Shown in pieces: positions 11,717-25,027 of a stretch of DNA of 64,000 nt; within the stretch, counting starts at the first letter, position 1; every line of letters starts with the position of its first letter. The stretch covers positions 2,252,408 through 2,316,407 of the forward strand of contig NW_003314278.1 of NCBI RefSeq assembly GCF_000143415.4, read 5' to 3'. Both the position numbers and the translations under genes were made by a program. Origin of the DNA: Selaginella moellendorffii. Its lineage: Eukaryota > Plantae > Lycopodiophyta. Below the pieces are notes generated by a model, which worked only from the letters and a program-made list of their open reading frames with translations, was not told the DNA's origin and ran no database searches.

Positions 11717-12456
11717 ATGGCTGCTTGGGCTGAACGCCTGTGGGATTTTGAGTCCTCTAGTGCTCTGATTGATCATTATTTCGATGCCCCCAGTTTTTGT
11801 AAGGATGCAGCTGCTGCTGAGGCTCCACAAACTCCGGATTATCGAAAGAAGCTGCGCGTCGTGGGGTCCAAACGAGAAAGCCACGTCTTGGGCGAGCGAG
11901 AGAGGAGGAAGGAAATGAATCAGCTGTTTGCGCGGATGGAAGCTGTGTTGCCTGAGCCACCTCCAAAGGTAAACCCATCATCCACTCGGTGCTACTAATG
12001 AGGGCCAAACTTCTTGTCTCTTCACAGATGACCAAGCCAGCTTTGGTGGACGAGGTTCTAAAGTACATTCAAGGACTACAAGTCGAGCTCGAAGATCTTT
12101 CCGAGAAACGAAAGGCCGCACAGAAGGCAGCGCGGATGCGACGTGCTCTCCATCCAACGCCAGCGCCAAATGTGGCTGTGACTATGTGCGGAAGCAGTGC
12201 ACTCGTGACTGTGATCAGCAAACGGCAGCAAGACCTCTTCAGCAAGATTCTTCATTTGGTAGCCAGGTTTCAAGTGGAACTGGTCGGCGCGAGCGTCTCT
12301 ACTGCTAGTTCATCCATGTTTCATCACATTCATATCAAGGTAAACATCCCCCTTTGTTCCTCGGTTTTCTCCTCACATTGCGTCTGGCAGGCTTGTAAGC
12401 AGGATTTCTCTTCCGAGGCTCTTGAAGAGGCTCTCCGGCAGCTGGTTAGTAGATGA
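11717..12456 (+). CDS. bHLH transcription factor with a C-terminal ACT-like domain (3 exons)
   Basis: HVLGERERRKEMNQLFARMEAVLP...K|MTKPALVDEVLKYIQGLQ, followed by VAVTMCGSSALVTV...; GT-AG introns. Confidence 0.88.
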
Positions 12457-12614
12457 TACATCACTACCTATTGACAGTGTCCCTTCCGGAAGAATCACAC
12501 AATTAATATAGTTTAGGCAGTTTGTCATCACATAGAATAAGCTTGCAATCTCACAAGGTATATATATATTAGTACCACCATGAAACAAAGCTTGAACAGA
12601 GTAATGTGTGATTT

Positions 12615-13374
12615 TCAAGTGAGATTTCGGAGGAACTCGGCCGCGGTCGCAATCGCTCCGCCAGTAATCGCGCTCGAAATGACGCGCTCGTGGGTCACGT
12701 TTGAATCGGTCAGCGACAGTGCCGCTCCCGTCAATGCTCCACCCAGCAATGCGTTCTTCTGCGCACCCAAGAACAATTGTTTTTAGAAAAAATCGTCATA
12801 AAAAAACTAGAAAAATCGAGAACCCAGTCATGGACTCCGCGAGCTTCCTGCATCGTGTAGGTCATCCCGGAGTAAATCCCAGCCACCATTCCTGGAGAGC
12901 GAGCAAGCATTTGATCAAAAGCGTGTAAGAAACGCTTTAGAGGAGACCGAGTTCTTTACCCCACTGCAAGCACTCCTTCCCCATTTGATTCACCTGGAGA
13001 CCAGCAAAAGAAAATTGAGATTTTGGTAAAGTTTTCAATAGTGAATAAAGAATCCTTACCGATTTCTCGAGAGACCTCTTGTTAGCACTCTCTGCCGCAA
13101 GCACAAAGCCCTGTTAGCACAATGCTGAGGAGAATATCCAATCCACATACCTTGAGAGACGTAGCGCATGGACTCTTGGGCTGCCGCATGGAGGGCGCCG
13201 GTCTGTAAATGGAAGATTAGAGAGACAAGATTGGAACTATCAAGCTATTCCATGGCTCACCCCTCCGACTTTGATGAATCCATCCACAATCCGGTTGAGA
13301 AGAGGATGCCCCATGTCGATCAAAACATCCACATTGGGTCCATCGAAGCTAGTGTTGACGCGTGCTTGCGGCAT
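12615..13374 (-). CDS. OEP16: Plastid outer envelope pore protein OEP16 (Tim17/22 family)
   Basis: Manual translation: MPQARVNTSFDGPNVDVLIDMGHPLLNRIVDGFIKVGG...KECLQWG...EARGVHDW-KNALLGGALTGAALSL...AITGGAIATAAEFLRNLT*. Confidence 0.9.
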
Positions 13375-13646
13375 TTTTCCCTCTCCTGGATTGATCGATT
13401 CTAGCAGTTACTGCGCAATCTAAAAAATTTCTCTAGAACAGTGAAGGACAGGGGCTAGAAGGGCAACGCTGGGTTTTGATCTGCGAGATATCTCCTTCGG
13501 TGCAACACGTGTTCGCTCCTTAGCGGTGCTGGAGCATGCAAGTGTGACGCGTGCCCTATGACATTGCTAGCCAGCGTGGCGTAGGATATTCGTATACTTT
13601 GGATTTATCTTTAGGGTTTAAACTGTCATTCTCTAAAGCCCTAGCT

Positions 13647-16600
13647 ATGGCGGGAGCTTCGAAGCGATCGCCTCCTCCGCCTCCTCCTCCTCCTCCGGGA
13701 TCGGCCCCAGCGCCAGCGGCGTGCCAGGTACAATGCGCTGGATGCCGATGCGTTCTCAATGTGCCTCCCGGAGTGATCGAGTTCCGCTGCCCCAAATGCA
13801 AGCTCGCGCAAATGCTGCCCCCGCAGCTCCATCCCCAGGTGATGCTGCCTCCGCCGCCGCCGTTGCCTCATCTTCCGCCGCCGCCGCGGCCATCGTCGGC
13901 TCCTCCGCGCGCTCCCGCGGATTCTTCCAAGATACAGCTTCCCTGTGCGAATTGCCGGGCCGTGCTGAGCGTCCCGCCTGATCTGTCCAGGTTTGTGTGC
14001 CCGCAGTGTAGGGTGGAGCTCGCAGTGGATCCCGCGAAGCTCGCGGGGTACATGAACTCGCTGGCACACCTTTCCTACTTGAGCGCGGGCAACAAGGACG
14101 TGGACGATCCTCTTTTGTGGAACAAGTTTGGCGATGCTTCTTTGGAAGAAATTAACGAGGTAAGATCGTTCATGGGAAGGAAATGCTTATATCTTTGTTC
14201 TTTTGATGAGCTTTCCAGGTAGCTCTAGAAGTGGAGAAAGAAGAGGATGAGAATGGAACAGTTGGAGATACTTTCATGGACTACGTGAGTAATGCCTGTT
14301 TCTTCTCTAGTGGTTCTGACTAGTACTACTTTGTGTAGAGGCCATCGAAGTTGTCGATCGGTCCACCACATCCCGATCCGATCGTGGAAACTTCATCACT
14401 TTCGTCAATCCAGCCTCCAGAGCCTACATATGGCCTCAGAATATCCAAAGAAATGGAGGATTTGGGAGCACTATCATGCCTGCAGTTGGAGACATTAGTA
14501 TATGCATGCCAGGTAGGCTTTGTTGCCTTCGAACTATCTTATCAAAATGTTTTATAGAGGCATCTTCAACATCTGGCCGATGGAACTCGAGCAGGATTTT
14601 TTGTAGGAGATGGTGCTGGGGTTGGGAAGGGTAGAACAGTAGCTGGACTTATCTGGGAGAACTGGAAGCATGACAGGCACAAAGCCTTGTAAGGTTTGCT
14701 TCGACATGCCTCACTTGGAAACCTGGTCTTCATGTTGTTCGCAGGTGGATCTCTGTCGGATCAGACCTTAAATTTGATGCTCGGAGGGATCTGGACGATA
14801 TCGGCGCTACTAGCATAGAAGGTTTCTTGTATGCAAATATCATTACAGCTGATGTGTCTCGTGTATGCAGTGCACGCTTTGAATAAGCTTCCATACGGAA
14901 AACTTGATTCCAAGGCGATAGGGGTGAAAGAAGGCGTCATATTCCTGACATACAACAGCTTAATCGCTTCGTCTGAGAAAGGCCGTTCCAGGCTACAGCA
15001 GCTTATACAGTGGTGTGGACCAGACTTCGATGGACTGATTACTTTTGACGAGGTTCGTCGCTTGTGTTAGTTGCATTCTGTTTTCATATTTTTATATTCT
15101 AGTGTCATAAAGCCAAGAACTTGATCCCCGACAGTGGAACTCACGCTACTCGAACGGGTGAAGCAGTTGTCGAGATTCAAGTGGGAATTGATCTTCTTTG
15201 TGGTTTATAATTGATTAATCTATGTATCTGGCAGAAAAGGCTTCCTGAAGCACGAATAGTATATTGCTCGGCGACGGGAGCATCAGAACCTCGAAACCTG
15301 GGCTACATGTGTCGCCTGGGGTTATGGGGAAAAGGAACAGACTTCCCTCATTTTCACGCTTTTCTTGGTATGCTTTCGCTATGTTTTTCTCTTTAGAACC
15401 CGGGCTTTGCAGCGGCTTTAGAAAAAAGAGGAGTTGGCGCACTGGAGTTGGTAGCAATGGACATGAAAGCCAGGTCAGTCTTAAGCTACTTAGCCACAAC
15501 GAGAAAACGTTTTTTCTGCGTTCCGCAGGGGAATGTATGTGTGTCGGACCTTGAGCTTTCAAGGCGCAGAATTTGAAGTTGTTGAGGTTCCGCTAGAAGC
15601 TGCAATGAAGGTAAAACAGCATTGTGTTTCATCATAACTGGTGAGACGTTATGATTTAACAGGACATGTATGCAAAAGCCACGCGCATTTGGGGTGATTT
15701 ACGTGTTGAATTTATGCAAGCTTCTGAGCTCCTTCAAGATAAGAAGCCTTTAAATCAATTATGGAGAGTGTTCTGGGCAAACCATCAGGTACTCCTTCAA
15801 CACTCTCTACCTTAACTGAATCATTGTGCATTGTTTCCAGCGGTTTTTTCGACATATGTGTATGTCCGCGAAGGTCCCAGCTGTTGTACGATTGGCAAAG
15901 CAAGCCTTGTCTGAAGGAAACTGTGTTGTCATTGGATTGCAGAGCACGGGAGAAGCCCGCACAGAAGAAGCAATAAGCAAATACGTAGGCGTTAGTCCTC
16001 TTGCCATATAAAACACTGACTGTGAACAAATCTCAGGGTGCTGAACTCGACGATTTTGTTTCGGGTCCCAAAGAGCTTCTGCTGAAGCTGGTTGAAGACT
16101 ATTATCCACTTCCACAGCAATGTAAAGGTAATATTTTATATTCGTAAGCCTCCCGAGGTTGTATTTTTTTTTCTTTTTTTTCGCTTGGAAGATGGCAGTG
16201 ACAATGACGCTTTGGACGAAAACGTTATGGAAGCGAGAAAAGCTAAGCCCAAAGATGGTTTAAGTGGCGATGAGGAAGAAGAATTTGAAAGTAAACCTTT
16301 TCTTCTTCTTCTTTTATTAATTTGTAAGTTCCTATTTCAGCGGAATGTGAGACCGATTCTAGCGGAAGTGAAGAAGATACCAAAACTTGCAATGTTTGCG
16401 CCGTGGAGAACGTAAGAATCTTTATTAAATTACGATGCATATCTAATTTTGTGCGCATGGGTTTTAGAGAACGCTCAAACTCGTGGATTGTGCACTCTGT
16501 GGTATGACCGTTCATTATCAGTGTCTTCCAACTTCAATTGCGGAAACTGCTGAACCAAAATGGTTATGCCCTCCTTGCGCTGACGAGTTGCGTGAAATAC

Positions 16601-19020
16601 GTCAGGCGCGGAAACTCTACTTTTCTGAACTTCGGCGCAGGTACATCTCGGTGATGATCTCGAAACGAACTAACTACATTACAGACACGCAGAAGCGAAG
16701 TCAAGAAAAATGGCAGCTTTGGAGGTCATCCGTTCCCTGGATTTTCCAAACAATCCTTTAGATGATATTATTGATCAGGTACTCCCGTCCGAAGCGTCTT
16801 AACGGAAGTCACTCTTTGTTTATTGTCTCAGCTCGGAGGTCCCGATTGTGTAGCCGAGATGACTGGACGTAGGGGAATGTTAGTCCGTGCCTCAAATGGC
16901 AAAGGTGTCGTCTATCAAGCTCGAAATACGTAAGTCTGCTTAGCACTTTTGTATTTTGAACATATTTTGTTTTAGGAAGGATGTTCCGATTGAGATGATA
17001 AACATGCACGAGAAGCAGCAGTTTATGGATGGGAAGAAACATATTGCCGTTATTTCTGAAGCTGCTTCGGCTGGTATATCTCTGCAAGCTGACCGTCGAG
17101 CAATCAATCAGGTTGGATTTTTGGACCGTGTCATTTCGTATAATCATCTGTTCCTGTAGCGTCGAAGAGTACACGTTACGCTAGAACTGCCATGGAGTGC
17201 CGATCGGGCGATTCAGCAGTTTGGCAGGACACATCGGTCGAATCAAGCTTCTGCTCCACAATACAGGTGTTTGAAATTATAGCTAACACGATTCTCACAT
17301 TGCGTTTTTCACAGGCTGCTCTTTACAAACCTTGGTGGAGAACGTCGATTTGCGTCCGTAGTGGCCAAGCGCTTGGAAACACTGGGCGCACTCACTCAGG
17401 GGGATCGTCGGTGTGTACATTTTGAAATTGAAACAGGTCTCTATTAACAATGCTTTTCACATCAGAGCTGGTCCGTCACTGAGTGCGTTTAATTATGACA
17501 GCGCTTATGGGAAGAAAGCGTTATCTATGATGTACAAATCTGTCATGGAACAGGTATGAGTTTCTTTCAACTATTCAGTATTTTACTACTTTCTTTCAGG
17601 TCGATTTACCCGTGCTTCCACCTGGTTGCACTTCTGGTAACAAGGAGGTGGTGAGAAATTTTCTCATGGAAGCAAGGGCTGTGTTGCTAGCTGTGGGGAT
17701 AATTCGTGACGCATTTCCAAGTGAGACTTTGTTATCTTAGATCTTGTTTTCTATAATTGCATCTATGGCAGTGGACTCCGAGGATAGGCGGCCATCTGGA
17801 AGAATCGCCGAGGGTGATATGCACGATGTAGCGCGCTTTCTGAACCGACTTCTAGGTGTTCCACCGGATGTGCAAAATTGGTACGACTGTTTCGTATAAT
17901 CACAGTTTTGAGGTTGGATATGCAGGCTATTTGAGTACTTCGTTACTATTTTTGACGAGCTCATTCACGATGCTCGCAAGGAGGGACAATTTGATTCCGG
18001 AATTGTTGATATCAAAGCAAGAGTTATTGAACTACAGGGCCTACCAAAGGTAAACTGTTCGCCGTGGTCATCGCACTTAGTATCTTTGGTGGTATTTATG
18101 CAGACAGTTCATGTTGACCGGATGTCAGGAGCTCCTACTACACATTCTGTGCTTTTGATTGACCGGGGTTTGACATTTGAGGTAAGGTTCTTTAATTGCT
18201 GCATGTACCTAACCCTTTCTGATAGGCCGCATGTCTAGAGTTGGAGCGTGCGAGCGGCAAAGATAAATTCGCAGATAATGGATTTTACAAATCCAAGCGA
18301 GAATGGCTTGGTCGGATACACTTTCTGCTAGCAATTGAAAGGTAATTTAACTTTGGGGAGCTTGCATTGTTTCTGAAACACATGTCTAGGACGGGTCTAC
18401 TGCCCCGTGCTTTTAAAATTCTTCGTCCTTCTACCGGGGAAGCCTTAAGGTAATTGCTGGTTTTGTTAAAGCTACTGAAGAGTTTATTGTAATGCAGAGA
18501 AATGCCATCTACAGAACTCTTTGCTAAGTATGAGAAAGTGAACCTCAACGATCAAGTAAAAGAAGGATGGATACAGGATTACACATTGTCTGCTCAACAG
18601 GTAGCTATAAGAACAATACTCATAATTCTCAATGCTGTTATTTGGTTAGTGTACCCACGGACCACAATGCAAGCTTGGAGCTGCATGCACTGTCGGGAAA
18701 CGCGTACAGGAAGTCCATATTCTCGGGGGTTTGATACTTCCCGTTTGGGGCAGCGTGGAAAACTCCCTTGCAAAGCAGGTACTTTGACACAATATTCAGA
18801 AGACTTTCAGACTCATTTGATCTGCAGGACCGAGCTGCTCACCGGAGATTGAGAGTCGCCCGGTTAGAAACGACATCCTCTGACAGGACGAGGGTCGTGG
18901 GCCTCCATATTCCAACTATTGCAATTAACGCCGTCTTAGAAGGTGTCTAACATTGTTTCAATGTTTAACGTATTGATTTTGTGCTTGTATTTTGCAGGCC
19001 TGGGATGGCTGCAAAACTAA
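13647..19020 (+). CDS. FGT1: Strawberry notch homologue FORGETTER1/EMB1135 (zinc ribbons, DExD-like, PHD, helicase C), ~30 short exons
   Basis: [76 protein letters not shown] Cxx[40 protein letters not shown]. Ends LGWLQN*. Confidence 0.95.
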
Positions 19021-19719
19021 GCTTAAGGTACACAGGTCAAAGTTTTTGCTCTGACAGGAACATAGTTGTTGGACTCATTTGCCATAGAGCGCCTTATTTG
19101 GTGGAGACATCGTACAGTGAAGTGCTAGAGTCAAATTCATCATCTCATATCCCATATGCCCCAACGTCTTTCTCCACACCATCATTCCCTTTGAGCGCCA
19201 AGTGAACAGTAGTGAAATTTACTTACAGATATTCCTCATCTTTCTTCTCCTTTAAAACTCAGGACATCTTCAGCTTCTCATCAGTGCCTTGGTTCATCAT
19301 CCAGGAGCACTCAATCACAGCATCAGTTACTGTGGTCACTAAACGCTGTGATCTATTGTTAAATAAGCGGATAGTTTTTCCAGAATTCCACGTCCACATT
19401 CCCTTTGCTTGCCTCCACAAACTGTGATGTAATTGGCTTCCACCTTTCACATTCAGTTCCGTACTTCTCAAGCATGTCAACCCTGGAATGCCCAATCCCC
19501 ATGAGTGTCACGTAGGGTATCCGCAAGAGTACCATGCAGCATAGTCGAAATAGCTCTTTAGTGTGGACATGAGCATAATGCTTCCAGACATCACTGGTTG
19601 TGGGCCAAGACCCCAGTTTAGCCTTTTGGTTAACAGATCAAGGTGTATGTTCGCGCTCTTGATCTGTGATTGGTTATGATCGCAAGCCATGCCTAAACCC
19701 TAATCTTTTCTCGAATAAG

Positions 19720-19830
19720 AATGTTCTTTGGATAAGTGAAAGCGTCCTGAATGTTGTACAACATGTCTTCTGGTTATGTCCTAAAGCACAGTCAGTTTGC
19801 TGTAGTTTGTTGTTTCTGGTACAAGGTTGA
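19720..19830 (+). mobile_element. Highly degenerate LINE remnant (zf-RVT-like)
   Basis: Translates VVQHVFWLCPKAQSV, resembling the HxFxxCxxAxxVW motif of LINE ORF2. The surrounding sequence has many stops. Confidence 0.35.
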
Positions 19831-20099
19831 TCATCAAAGTTCAATTGAAAACGAAGGGCCTGCAAGACATTGCGCAAGGAACTTACTGGGGAAAAGAAGT
19901 TCCGGAAGGTAATGTCAATTCAGTTATATAAGATTCCTATATAAGCACGCCCCAATAACTTTTTTTGAGCGTTCTTTGATCATCCAAAACTTAACTTAAC
20001 AATAAAGGAAACTGCGAGAGTTTTCTTCTTTTCTTCAGTGGATTCCGGGGAATTTGTCTAAGTTGTCCATGGTCATGCCGTAATGCTTGTCTAGGTTGT

Positions 20100-20940
20100 A
20101 GCAGCCGTAAAACTTCGCTCGCGCCTCCTCCCGCCAACGACGCCGCCGCACCGGTCATGCCTACTGGAACGCCAAAAATGGTCGCCACCGTGGGCGTGCT
20201 TGCTGGAGCTCCACCTCCCGACGTCGCCGTCCCAAAGGGTGTGCTAATCGGCGGCGCCGTAAAGGAAGTGCTTGCTCCTCCGCCCAAAATCGGCGCCGCC
20301 GTTCCGCCAAAAATGGACGAGCTCCTCCTCTGCCAAAAATTGTCCGCATGAATGGGGTGCTTGCTTGCGCCGCTGGAGCTCCGGAAGTATTCGGTGTGAA
20401 GAGCAAGGGCGGGAAGGCTAGCGACGTTTTCTTGCTCTTGAGATGCGCCGCCACCTTTTCGAGCACCACGTCCGAATTGGAGCCGCTGTTCGTCCCCAGC
20501 ACCAGCGCCAGGAGTTCGCCGACGTTGCTCTCCTTCTCCCGATCCATCATCAGCCCCTTAATCTCGCCCAGGAGCCTGTGATCCTCCACGCCCAAGTGGA
20601 GCTTCAGAGTCCTCTTGAGCATCTGGAAGCCATGGCCGCGTAGAAATCGATCCGGCTGGCAGCCCGGGAAGACGGTGTCCGGCTTGGATTCGTCCGCATG
20701 AATACGAAGATCCTCTCGTCCGGAGCCCACAGTCCATCGCTCATGTCCAAAACATCCGCCATCTTCACCGATCCCATGAACACAGCCTCCCAGATTGCCA
20801 TCAGTTGTGCCTTGCGCCACCAAGCCAGTATTTAGATTGTAAACATCGTAGCCGAGCTTGTTGGCTATGGCGGCCACAAGCTGCTTGTTGCCACTTGCCT
20901 GGCAGCCGAAGACGAGGTAACTCCTCTTCTTCCTAATGTA
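20100..20940 (-). pseudogene. Degenerate BCS1-like AAA-ATPase fragment joined to an FG/T/A-rich low-complexity segment
   Basis: KRSYLVFGCQASGNKQLVAAIANKLGYDVY (degenerate Walker A region) and DVLDMSDGLWAPDERIFVF lie in different frames. They are followed by STPFG/TIFG/IFGGG repeats. Confidence 0.6.
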
Positions 20941-21497
20941 ATAATCCCGAGTTTGAATATTAATACAAGTTTTAGGGTGAAAGCCCAAAGTGGGTTCAAT
21001 TAAAAGCTGCCACGTGTTAATTCCTGAATTGATGGAAGCAAAAGCTGGCCAAGGATCTAGAAGTGTTTGTGAGAAGGCTTTGATGGGAAGTGAAAAGCAA
21101 GTGGATGATGTAATGAAAAGTAACATTAGCACTATCAACAAGGAATCTTAAGAACAAAAAACTATAATCAAGAGCTCTTTCAACTGTACAAAAGTACTTT
21201 AATAAGCTAGTGTTCAATGAAATAGTATAATCTATCCTTATTATACTTTTGGAACCTCTGGAATGTTGACACTTAGTTAACACGTGGCAGAAAATAAAAT
21301 ACATGGCACAGTTAATTCGTTTCTTTTGCACAGAAAAAAGAATGGAGAGCGCCTGCATTGTCCTTTGCTACTTTGGAGATTGACAAAGCATCCAGGTAGT
21401 GGAAGGATGACTTCAACAAGGACTTGAATCCTAACGTAATACTCATCCCAGCAAGCTTGAGGCCATACTTTGGCTTCCCAGTCTACTGCTTTGTAAA

Positions 21498-23498
21498 TTA
21501 TGGTAAGTTTGCTAGCTGCAAGTTCGATTGATCCTGTTTGGAATGCCGAATTCTTCGTTTGCCGAGCACAGAATAAGCATTTGCGAGCAAGACGTAGGCA
21601 GCTGCATTCTTGGGATCCAAATCTAGCAGGCTTCTCGCGGCGCCTTGTCCAAGCCGGAGATCATTGTAGCTCCTGCAAGCTCCCAGCAAGCACGTCCACT
21701 CCAAGGCGTCGGGAACGAAGGGCATGCTGTGGAGAAGATCTCTAGCTTCCGAAAGATATCCTGCCCTGCTCAGCAGATCGACCATGCAACAGTAGTGCTG
21801 CTTGGACGCCGCCAATCCATAGTCGAGCCTCATGGAGATGAACCAGCAGCGACCAAGGTAAACTTTCCCCCCGTGGCTGCAAGCCACGAACGCCGCCAGG
21901 AAGCAAACGTCGTCCGAGAAGTCGATCGAGTCGAAGAGCTCCAGAGCTGCGGCGTAGTGCCCCTTTTGGACGTAGACCACTAGCAGGATCGTCCACGAGA
22001 CAAGGCTCCGTTCCGGCATCTCATCAAACACTTTCTTCGTGGATTCCACTAATCCGGCATGGGCATATGCCGAGAGCATCACGTTCCACGACACTGAGCT
22101 CCTCAGTGGCATCTCGTTGAACGTTCTCACGGCCTCCTCAAGATGCCCGTTCTCGGCATATGCCGCGAGCATTGCCGTCCAGGATACCAAGCTGTGCTGT
22201 GGCATCTGGTCAAACGCGTGCTTGGATTCTTCGAGCCTTCCTCTGCGGGCATACGCGACGGTCAACGCGGTCAGCGAGACGAGATCGACACGCGGCATGC
22301 GGTCAAAGAGATCCTCGGCTTCCCGCAGATGCCCGTTTTGGGCATACACTGCGAGCATAGCGTTCCACGAAACTACGTCTTTCTCGGGCATTTCGGAAAA
22401 TATGCGCTTAGCACATTTCACATTCTCTTCATGGGCGTAGGCAGTCAGCATTGCACTCCACGAGACGAGGTTATGCTCGGGCATGACGTCAAAAAGCCTC
22501 TTAGCCTGCAGTATATGCCCGCTCGCGGCAAATGCCGACAGCATAGAGTTCCAAGAGAAGAGATTCCCGTATGGCATGGATTCGAATATCCGCCTGGCCT
22601 GCACGACAGCGCCGCATTGTCCGTAAGCGTGAAGCATTGCCGTCATGGCAACGAGATTATGCTGTGGCATCGAATCGAAGGTTCTTTTTGCCGCCTCCAA
22701 ATGCCCAGTAGTGGCATATGATGATAGCATCGAAGTCCAGGTTACGATGTCTCTCTCCGACATTTCGTCAAACATTCTCTTGGCCGATTCGAGATCTCCA
22801 CGCTGCGTGAAAACGTCCAAGATCGCCGTGGAGGAGACCCTCTCGTGTTCCGGCATCTGGTCAAAGATAAGCTCGGCTTGATCCAGATGCCCATGACGAA
22901 CATACACTGCGAGCATCTCGTTCCACGCAACCAGATCTCTCTGGGGCATGGAATCGAAGAAAATTCCAGATTCTAGCAACAAATCCTTGCACGAGTACGC
23001 TGTGAGCATCGCGCTCCAGGACACTAGCGTTTTCTGCGGCATTGATTCGAAGACTCTCTTGGCCTCTTCCAGATGCCCCATGGCGGCATACGCCGACAGC
23101 ATCGCGTTCCAGGCGACGAGATCCCTCTGTGGCATTCCGTCAAAGAGCTCCCTGGCATGGATCCATCGCCCGTGCCTGGAGTTTGCCGCCAGCATCGTCG
23201 TCCAGGAGATCAAGCTCTTCCTCGGCATGGCATGGAAGATCGCCTCCGCCTCGGCGAGGCTCCCGTTCCTCGCGTAAGCGCACAGCATCAGGTCCCAGCT
23301 CATCGAGTTCTTGGCGACGATCCTGTCGAACACCGCCCTCGCGTTCTTGGGGCTCCCACACTTGCCGTGCATCTCGATCAGCTTGTTGGAGACGAAGGGA
23401 TCGAGCCGGAGCGAGAAGGGGATGCGATCTTCGATGCTCCTGGCGGCGGGGGCTGTCCGGCAAGACCGGATGAGCGCAAGGCATTGCTCGCGATCCAT
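21498..23498 (-). CDS. PLS-class PPR protein (SS-motif array plus E domain, no DYW)
   Basis: About 16 repeats of 31 aa (FDxMPxxxLVSWxAMLxAYA), then HYCCMVDLLSRAG, WTCLLGAC, AYVLLAN. First ATG at 23498 (the ORF track starts at TTG 23519). Confidence 0.93.
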   Translation of the reverse strand: MDREQCLALIRSCRTAPAARSIEDRIPFSLRLDPFVSNKLIEMHGKCGSPKNARAVFDRIVAKNSMSWDLMLCAYARNGSLAEAEAIFHAMPRKSLISWTTMLAANSRHGRWIHARELFDGMPQRDLVAWNAMLSAYAAMGHLEEAKRVFESMPQKTLVSWSAMLTAYSCKDLLLESGIFFDSMPQRDLVAWNEMLAVYVRHGHLDQAELIFDQMPEHERVSSTAILDVFTQRGDLESAKRMFDEMSERDIVTWTSMLSSYATTGHLEAAKRTFDSMPQHNLVAMTAMLHAYGQCGAVVQARRIFESMPYGNLFSWNSMLSAFAASGHILQAKRLFDVMPEHNLVSWSAMLTAYAHEENVKCAKRIFSEMPEKDVVSWNAMLAVYAQNGHLREAEDLFDRMPRVDLVSLTALTVAYARRGRLEESKHAFDQMPQHSLVSWTAMLAAYAENGHLEEAVRTFNEMPLRSSVSWNVMLSAYAHAGLVESTKKVFDEMPERSLVSWTILLVVYVQKGHYAAALELFDSIDFSDDVCFLAAFVACSHGGKVYLGRCWFISMRLDYGLAASKQHYCCMVDLLSRAGYLSEARDLLHSMPFVPDALEWTCLLGACRSYNDLRLGQGAARSLLDLDPKNAAAYVLLANAYSVLGKRRIRHSKQDQSNLQLANLP

Positions 23499-23587
23499 CC
23501 ATCGAGAAGAGACGCGCAAGAGGATGATCCTAAATCTCAGCCGTTGGATAAAAGAATATCCGGTCCCTTTGAATCTCAGCCGTGGAT

Positions 23588-25027
23588 CTACACCCAGAAG
23601 GCGAGTAATGACATTAAGGTAGCTCCAGTGAAGAGCGAGAGCAACGACAGCGTTTGCAGCCTGTGGTCACACCTCATTCTTTTGCTGAGAAAATCCGCTG
23701 CGATGAGATTTACAAGCGCCATGTACACTAGAATCCCCGCTGACACCGAGTAGAACACCCCCTCCACCACCAAAGCTTTTACGCTTTTTGGATTGTACAC
23801 TTCCGAGATCCCAATTCCAATGGCTATTCCACCCGGAGTCGTGATCGCGAAGAACACTGCCATGATTACCACGGACAGCGGCTTGAAACCGGCCTGTGGA
23901 GTTCTGGAATTTGAGAAAACCCAGCTTGAGGGAAGAAAGGGAGATTTTACCTGAGAGATACATCCTCCAAGCGCAAATCCCTCGAAGAACTGGTGAAACG
24001 AGAGTGCCCCTAGGAGTGGCCTGATCGTGCATGGGCTTTGCGAAACACCCAGGGACAAGCCGATGATGATCGAGTGTGTTATGATACCGAGCTCCAGCAC
24101 CTAGAAACTCTTCGAATCAATCTCAAGGAAACGGAAGGAAGCGAACGCAAACTTACTTGCGAGATGATGATATGCCGGATGCGAGCAAACTCGTCGTCCT
24201 CGTCACTGAAACTGGCAGAATGAGCGTGCCCGAGGTGCTCGAAACCGAGTTCCTTGCCGTGTAGTCCCTGAGGATGACTGTGACTGTGAGAGGCAGCGTG
24301 AGCGTGCATCCCAACAATGTGAAGCTTGGGTTGGGAGCCATTACTGTCGGCCCCTGCTTCCACGTCCAAGTCTTGGTCCTCCAGCGAGCTTGAACTTGCG
24401 TGCTTATGGTGCTTTCTCTCGAAAAACCCCGTGCTGAGAAGATCCACCACCAAAGTTGCCATGGCTGAAAACATCGCTATGAAGCCTCCAAACGGGAACC
24501 TCTTCCACGGTATCTCGGGCAGGCACTCGCTCTGGAGGACCAGCATCGCGTCGGGGAGGATGTGCACGAAGGCCGTCGCTAGAATCACTCCCGCCGCAAG
24601 AGCCTTGGCAATGAGGAAAAACCCACGGTCCGTCCTCAAGCACGTCAACCTCTTGCCGAGAAGTGGCAGAGCTACGCCCATAACGCCGGTTACCAGGATT
24701 GCCACCATCGCCAAGATCTTAAGGAACAGTGCCTCCCCTTCGTTCCGACAACCACCATCGCCATCACTCTCGCACATAGCCGCGGCTGCTGTTCTCACTA
24801 TACCTGGTTGGAATCGAAGAAAAAAGAAAGAAAAAGAAGTGAGTCCACGCACAGGTTTTCAAAGGCTAGTCTAAGGAACGCTCAGCGGGAATCCTAAAGC
24901 TTCGCGAGAGCGGCATAGCATAGCTTTAAGCAATTTCAGTACCTGCAGCGTCGAGAATTCTCTCCGGGAGATTTAGCAGGCAAGGCCCGAGCACTCGCAG
25001 CAAGATATTTGACGGAAGACTTATCAT
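23588..25027 (-). CDS. ZIP-family zinc/iron transporter (ZIP4/IRT3-like)
   Basis: [15 protein letters not shown], His-rich loop ([16 protein letters not shown]), [33 protein letters not shown]. Four exons; exon 1 ATG at 25027 is inferred. Confidence 0.93.

Noticed and set aside
23700-23760. ZIP substitutions (EGVFYS, VNLIA) at positions that are usually Asp
   Set aside because: They lie outside the TM4/TM5 metal site, and I cannot judge their significance or exclude errors without an alignment.
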